NCBI RefSeq assembly: GCF_964355755.1
Contig: NC_092670.1
Coordinates: forward strand, 31,236,388-31,300,387
Direction of reading: 5' to 3'
Source: Antedon mediterranea
Taxonomy: Eukaryota > Animalia > Echinodermata
DNA: 64,000 bases
Position numbers and translations under genes: made by a program. A model generated the notes under the pieces. The model did not search any database, was not told the origin of the DNA, and worked only from the letters and a program-made list of their open reading frames with translations. This document shows, in pieces, positions 56,304-64,000 of this stretch (its first letter is position 1; each line of letters opens with the position of its first letter).

Positions 56304-56630
56304 GTTTAGTTTAGTTATAATGGGAAAGTTTAGGCGATGCTTTTTTAACCCCATATCAACTACATTGTGTCGATGGGATTCTTGAAGGTGTTAGTGGTCT
56401 CAGAATTGACAACGTCGGCTGGTAAACTGTTCCAGTGGTTTTACTCGTTGCGAGAAGGTATGTCTTCTACAGTTCAATCCTTTATGGAAAATAGGCTTGA
56501 AAAATCTCAGGTGATGCCCACGAGTAATTCTGTTAATGTTACTTCTCATTTGGAAAAAGTCATCCTTGGCTACACCCTCGAAATCTTTAACAATTTTATA
56601 TGGTTCAATCAGGTCACCTCGAATTCTTCT
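56304..56630 (-). mobile_element. CR1-like LINE 3' fragment
   Basis: RRIRGDLIEPYKI, TRGHHLR, FSQRV. (taaac)n tail and TSD tctgtaata. The empty site is at ~42092 in the duplicate. Confidence 0.85.
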
Positions 56631-58365
56631 TCTGTAATAACTTCTGTCACTCTGTATAAAACTGCTGTCGCAGTCGTAATATTTTGAACTTCTCGTGAAG
56701 TAGACGTCGTGCATTTCCACATTTTTTACACACAAAACATATAGGCCTATAAAGATATCTGTATGGCCTACAACTACCAGGTGTAAAAAAATAAAAAGTC
56801 GCTTACTTGAGCGTAATGTGGATATTAAAACCATATTTGCAATTAAATTATTCATAAAAATATACAGTAGTCGATTCGACAATTATCAAATAAAGAACAG
56901 GTCGATACAAATATTTTTATTTTTTTGTAAACAAAATCGCTATAAGTCCTGTCACTGTGTAAATAAACAAATTGTGGACACAATAATGTATTCAAATCTT
57001 TTTTTTCAATGTAATGTAGGTCTATTATCTCCAACAAAAACTGCACGGTTCTTAAAAAACATGCCATAAAGGCTTTCTGAGTGTGTAATTTAGGTAGGAT
57101 CAATAACCAACAACAATTGAACAGCGATATTACAATGTTTGTTATGATATTGAATAATAACCATGTTCTGGCCAAATCAATAATTTTAAGCACACTGTTA
57201 ATGCGAATCTTTAATGTCCATTCATAAACCGATTAATTGAAACAACAAAAATATCTCTCAGTAATAAGACAATAGCAAACAATAATGGTAAAGTTATACA
57301 AACTAATTAATGATAATGCCTCATAATTCAGGCTAGATCATAACTAAATACACTTAAACAGGTGAGTATACATAATTATATAGGCTATAGCAAATTAAGG
57401 TGTCGCCCAAATGGCTCAACAACCATAACAAACATAAATACAGTATAAATCCATCAATAAAAGTAATAAACTTAAAACTCACCAAAGATTGTGCTAACCA
57501 CTTTGTACCAAAACATACATGCCTATATTGCCATCTACTATATAGTTGAACATAGCTATACTAATACTACTATTCTTCTTGTGAGGACACATCCACCTAG
57601 CTTTCTACTGGCTACGACTGACCTCAAGGCCAAGGTCAAGCTCCAAAGTGAGCCACCTGAAATATTTATTCCTTATAACCTCAAAGAGTAGCCAAATTGG
57701 TCCCTAGACTGAAAAGGGACATATGAAGTTACCAAATTGGACCTTATAAACCAATTCAATAAATAATAATATAACAATCTATTGTAAAAAGGTACATTTT
57801 TACTTAAATAAAATATAAACAAAAATACTATATAGGCCTACATCAAGATAACAATAAATAGCCTAAAACTATGGCAGCGGCATCATTAGTATACCACAAT
57901 ATGAAATATATGTATAAAGATGTAACATTCTATGTGATTTATTGAACTTTAATTTAGGCTTACTGTACTCGCGTAATTTGGCACAATCTACAATTTGTAT
58001 CCGAGGCTGTCTTTATTTACGTAAGCCTCTGATCAAATATAAAAACTATAGCTAGCAGCACATGTCATGTTTCATAATTATATAATAACAACATAACTTT
58101 ATGAGGGACTTTTCCGAGAGCCGGCGTTGATCGATTGCACAAATACGGTAATCATAATTGTACTATTGAGGCCGGCTATATGTTACACATTTTTCTTATG
58201 CCTACTCTACTACACTACAACATTGAATATTCAAAACACAGAAAAGGGCTATTCTTTAAAAAATGTTGTCTTGATCCCATCTTCCGCTGGATATACTTTA
58301 TCTATTATTATTTACAATGTAGTTTAAACAGTAAAACACATTTGATTATTGAAGCTGTCTCGTGT

Positions 58366-60104
58366 TCATGCTTTGGTAAATACAATATGAGGCTGATCAA
58401 TAGAATCCTGTAAAAAAACGAACAGAAAAATAATAGTTGATGGTGGGGAAAGGTTTGAGGGCACTTGATAACAAAAAACTAATGTGAGGCGATTTAAGAT
58501 GTTTTTGAGACAATTTCACTCGGATGGAGAAACAGACAGACTAATATTTTTGAGCAGATAAAAACTTAACAATCGTTCCCAATTGGACATAACGTAACGA
58601 CGCGTAACGCAAGTGTCGAGTTGACCAATCACAGGGGACGTTTCGGATGATCCACGTGTCGTGATTGATCAAATCAATTTCAGTGCGCTTACGTCCTTGC
58701 GTGGCATCCTAGTAGTGGAAACCAAACCCTAAACCCACTAAACCCACTCTCCAGTTTACAGTACAACATCTCCACACACAACTGCCACTGCTACCTCCCA
58801 TGCCCATGAACGTCTTTTGGATTTATTAGGAGTTTATTAAATGTCCATCATTTACCATATCACCACAGCAGGCACATGGAGCAGACCGGATACGAAGCAG
58901 AATTGACAGCACAATACCAACGAGTCCAAGGATCAACGGGGTCAACCCGCCGGTGATATAAGTATCAGAAGTAGTCTATTAAAAATGACAAAGTTAAAGC
59001 ATGTTAATATACAATTACACATACCTTGTGCATATTGGATATGACGACATTTTAAAAACAATTATAGGCCTATACTTATTTTTTCGACAAATTTCACATA
59101 GCTTCCAAGTTGTAATTATAACAATAATTGTGTGATTTTTAGCAAGACTTCTCAACTTAAAAAAAGAAATGCAATATCGGTATCTTATCGTATTATCTGA
59201 AAATTTGTGTTTTTTTTTTTCAAAATGGGAGAAATATACCAGTTCAGCAAACACGTTGGAATCGTCAGTAATAGAGCCAATAGAGTTGTTGGTCTGATCA
59301 GACATACATTTAACTACCTTGATGAGAAAATGTTTGTTCCACTTTTTAAATCATTAGTGAGACCTCACCTTGAATATGCTAACTGTGTATGGTCTACGTT
59401 TCTTCGTAAAGATATAACATGCATTGAAAAAGTTCAAAGGAGGGCAATAAAAGCAATTCCATCATTAAAAGACCTGGATTATACAGAACGCCTAAAACGA
59501 CTAAATCTACCAACATTGGCCTTTAGAAGATTACGAGGAGATATGATTCAAGTTTTTAAAATGGTGACAGGCCTAAGTGGTAGTGGAATGCGTAACTTCT
59601 TCCCTATGAAAACATACGAGAGAAACCTAAGAGACATAGATACACCATACAATTTTTCTTACAGAATTGTTAACCTATGGAATAGTCTACCAGAGGAAGA
59701 AGCCATTAACACTACCACAGTAAACGCCTTTAAAAATAAACTTGATAAATTCATTGAAAGAAAATACAACAAATTTACTTTTATGGCATAAAGTGTATTG
59801 CAGAAGAATTTATATCAAGGAAACGAATGAAAAAAACAAAACAAAAAAAAACACAAAAAACCATGCAGTGATGACTTGATGAAATTGGGAGGGCATGACA
59901 TGTACCATACAGAAATGTATGGTCTACTTACGAGCCCGACAAGACAGGTGATTACAGGTGATTACAGACAGTGCGTATACTTACACATCCTTCTCTACAC
60001 TCTGATAAACGAGCATAGTTAGCTAACCAGTAAATCCAGAATCCATTTATCCAAAAAAACAACAGAACAATTGTCACAATTGAAAACCCACGAGCAGTTT
60101 TTTT
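58366..60104 (-). pseudogene. Four-TM gene copy 3 (coding exons 3-5 only)
   Basis: Exons at ~60104-59985, 58976-58856 and 58408-58366 are homologous and open. Exons 1-2 were not found before ALKBH2. Confidence 0.65.
59243..59968 (+). mobile_element. CR1-like LINE 3' fragment
   Basis: LFKSLVRPHLEYAN, IEKVQRRA, RRLRGDMIQVFK, VNLWNSLP, FKNKLD, and an (acaggtgatt)n tail. Confidence 0.9.
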
Positions 60105-60926
60105 CTAAAAAGAACAAAATTAAAATACACAAAAATAGCATCTTGGTCGAAATTAATTCTGTACCAGTGTCGCCAATGAATTTGGGCATATTAATAAACA
60201 CAAAGTAGATATAGAACAACATTAATATCCATGTCAGTGACAGTAAACTTTAAACCACTGTGAAACTTTTACAATTCCTATTATTGTTATCATTTTATTT
60301 ATGTATTTATTGTTGTTGTTTACATTATATGTGTTATCAATTAATAGAATAATACATGTATGTTGTATGCCTACCAAATATTTCAGTTTTAAAAGTTTCA
60401 ACAATACTAATCATTGCGATAGCCAGTTAGAATCTATCTAGTGACAGCTGCAGGGGAATTGTGCGCATTTTACATTGAAGTTTAACAAAGATTTAAATAT
60501 GTACAACACAATCCTACAAAACATTAAATCGAGAAACATATTATACGTTGTTTTTTAGATATATTATACTGTATTAATCAATTAATACATTATCAACAAT
60601 AAAACAGATCTATACTCGTGAGAAAATGAATGATTATGATACGTGTATATTTTATTCTTTCTGTCTTTTATTTCAGTGAACAATGGCCTCCCGGCGGCTC
60701 ATAATAAAATCTATATTATTTTCACACAGGATTTTTTTTTTTTATCTTAATTGATCACAAAACATATAATAATATTCTAATTTTTAAATGTCGCCCTTTT
60801 TCAATCAACAGATTATGACAAGATAATCTAAATTATTACTAAATTAATGTTCTATACTTACAACTTAAAGCATAGACATAATGTTAGTAGAAAGAAAGGT
60901 ACTTCAGCCCAAAGTTAACCTTGAGG

Positions 60927-61300
60927 TATTTCCTGATTACGTAATATCCGACAGGTGTTTCTAATGTGAGGATACTGTTGTTGTTCCAGGCAGTGATATA
61001 GATGATCGTTACACGGATAGTCAGTCGCGGTTATAACAATGGTTAACAATGGGGATAGTATAAGACAATAGAGTATATCATTTCACTAGAATTGTTATAT
61101 AGATTTAATATTTATTTATTTTATTTCCTGATTACGTAATATCCGCCAGGTGTTTCTAATGTGAGGATACTGTTGTTGTTCCAGGCAGTGATATAGATGA
61201 TCGTTACACGGATAGTCAGTCGTGGTTATAACAATGGTTAACAATGGGGATAGTATAAGACAATAGAGTATATCATTTCACTAGAATTGTTATATAGATT
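60927..61300. repeat. ~175-bp direct duplication
   Basis: 60927-61105 is nearly identical to 61122-61300. Confidence 0.9.
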
Positions 61301-62004
61301 TGTTATATATTAATATACATTATAATATAAAATTAATAAATATTAAATAAAAAATGATATGGTAATTTAGTTGCTTGTGATGAGAACAAAATGGTTTACA
61401 ATGGTTGAAGTCAATAGGTATTATGTTTCGGATTATAATACAATGGTTAACATAGGGTAAGGAAGTGAGACAATATAGTTTTTGTAAGATTTGAATTAGT
61501 CAGAGTCAATAAAGATGCACCTGGTTAATTAAAACTAGTTAATTGAGGTTTTTGCTTGATGTATGCCGACATAATCCAAAGACATAAGTTATTTGATCCG
61601 GATATTATAACAATGACTAAAACAAAAAGATAAGAATGAATGAAGTTAAATAATAAGTATGTCTTGATTGAACTATACCGACAGGTAATTAACCATCTTC
61701 CGGATTTGTTAACAAAGGGTATAAATCGAAAGCAGTGACACGGGGTGTTTGACATACTAAAGTTTAATGTGTGACGTCATGATGTTAGTTTCACTATTTT
61801 TCATGATTTTTGTTTTCCAATGTTTAGTTTTATTTTCATTTAAATTGGCTACGTTTACGAAAAGATTTCTTTGTTTCCTTTTAAAATAAAACAAAAAGTG
61901 GGTAAAGAAGGACGCTACTGACATCATGCATAAATTATTTTATATACAATATTCTGTGTATAAGGTTGTAGTCAAAATAGACATTTCAGTAGATCTCTAC
62001 CAGA

Positions 62005-63401
62005 ATGAATGCCTATAAACCAACAGTTGGTTTCACTCATTCCAAAGGAAAATCCACAGAATGCAACGTACCTTCTGAAAAAGTAAAGGATGACTACACA
62101 AAGGAACCAACAGAGGCACGTAAAAGTAATGAAATAGATTTCACTCGGAAGCTAATCAAATCAGATCAGCAGCAGATGATTTCCCCATATTTTAAGTTTC
62201 CAGTGCACAAAATATCGAGAGAAAATTTAGATTGTGATTACATTCAACTTCTTGATAAAAGCTCAGCTGATACTTTGTATAAACAATGTGAGGAAGAGAT
62301 TGATTATTTTACAGGTGATCTTGCAAAGGTGAAAGTGTTTGGTAGATGGTTTAATATACCTAGAAAACAGGTTAGTTTCTCTTTATTTTTCTTCATGGTT
62401 TCATGACGTTAATGTAGGCTACATACTATTACGTTTAAAAAGATGCATTTTTACATTTTAATTACAGGCCTACCGCACTGTTTTCGTTTTATGCAACAGA
62501 ATAACAGTTAACCAGGCCTACCGCACTGTTTTCGTTTTATGCAACAGAATATTAACAGTTAACCAGAATCCAACTGATCATATAATTGTATATACATAAG
62601 AGAAACATTTTTAATAGTATGTTTCAACTCTGACAGGTTTCTTATGGTGATATGGGTTTAACATACAAATATTCAGGCAATATAGTGCCAGCCTTGCCAT
62701 GGCCACCGTTCCTGAAAGATCTTCGAGATTATTTGAAAGAAGTCACAGGGTTCTACTTCAATTTTGTTTTGGTTAACAGGTACATATTTATTATATATAT
62801 GTTTATATTTGTTATAATTAAATAATGCAAAGCTTTCTTATGGCTACATTGTTTTAACATTGATAATGATTTATTCTCAATTTTACTCTCAAGATTGTAT
62901 AATTGAACAATATCAGTAAATCAGTCTTTTCGTCAACTATTAGAATCTCTCACTTTTTAACCGCACAAAACTATGTTTAATTATGTTGTACGGTTTATTG
63001 TTTTTATGCTAAAAAGTTAAGTGCAAAATGGATATTTATGTAAATATTTTCTAGCTTTAAATTACAGTACAATTTTTTATTTTAATTTATGTTTCTTTAT
63101 TAGATATGCAGACGGTAATGATTCTATTGGTGAACATAAAGACGATGAGAAAGATATCAACAAATTTAGTTCAATCGCGTCCATTTCATTAGGTCAAACA
63201 CGAATGTTTAGATTTCGCCATGGGGCTACACGCGGAAAGAGACACAAAAGAAGTATTGAACCAGTAAATGTTGATCTTAAACATGGTAGCTTACTAATGA
63301 TGAATTATCCAACTAACGAGTATTGGTACCATTCACTGCCTAAAAAACCATCCATCAAACTACCAAGAATAAATCTTACATTTAGAGATATTAAAAGATG
63401 A
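62005..63401 (+). CDS. ALKBH2: Alpha-ketoglutarate-dependent DNA demethylase AlkB homolog 2, 3 exons
   Basis: Exons 62005-62370, 62637-62779 and 63104-63401. VKVFGRWFNIPRKQ, FNFVLVNRYADGNDSIGEHKDDE, WYHSLP and RINLTFR are all intact. Confidence 0.95.
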
Positions 63402-64000
63402 GAAAGGTAAGGATTACTTTAGAACGCAAATCTTATTAACAACAATTCATGAACAATTGTTCTAAAATGTAATAGTTATTACATGTATCTGTGTGGTTTC
63501 CTATACATTATTATTGGCGGCTGTCAAAACTATTTTTAACAATTCGTTTCTTGTTAACTGTAGTTGTAGACTGTAGTTGTAGACTGTAGTTGTATCTTCC
63601 TTTTTTTTTTTATTGAATTTAAATATTTTATTATTGTGTTTGACTTAATTTTATGTTTTTAACAACGAAAATGAAACTTTTTTTCTTTGCGGTTATTTAA
63701 GTATTTGAATTAGTATTTTATTTTCATTTGTGTGAGTGAGGAAAATGGAAGCATAGATTTATCAAATTTAAATACAATTTCTTTATTTCAAAATGAATTT
63801 CATTTTCTACGTGTTTTCAATTTTAAATCTTTTAAGAAAGACACAATACGTACTGCTAAATAAAAACGCACACAAAAGAAAACAAATTTGAGAGGCACGA
63901 TATGTAACGACGCTTTCATTACAACATTTTTGATGTAGCGATTTCTTCAAGTGGTATTGTCATGAACGTATTGAAAAGAAATTAGTTTTATTGTCAATGA

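Larger units (their letters stand above)
41150..60300. repeat. Local segmental duplication
   Basis: ~41150-42960 matches ~55390-57980, and ~46270-47700 matches ~58090-60300, with different TE insertions in each copy. Confidence 0.85.

Overview
AT-rich, intron-containing animal genomic DNA. The abundant TAGGCCTA palindromes suggest a marine invertebrate, possibly an echinoderm (inference). The right two-thirds is ordinary host sequence: ZC2HC1A (-), a 4-exon FABP with an in-frame stop (+), three tandem copies of a small four-TM gene (-), ALKBH2 (+), and many LINEs, Helitrons, MITEs and an Academ element. The left ~21 kb looks like a decayed endogenous large-DNA-virus-like island. Five separate ORF-track entries join into one ~1,420-codon P-loop (AAA+/SF3-type) helicase gene (19091->10728). 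It is broken by two in-frame stops, one frameshift and a LINE insertion, and carries one GT-AG intron. Next to it are an intronless, apparently catalytically dead ALKBH2 derivative, two ~1.16-kb tandem units with an iterated palindromic motif, and a divergently transcribed small-exon orphan gene. The viral origin is inferred from motifs and layout only; no capsid, polymerase or terminase gene is visible in the window.
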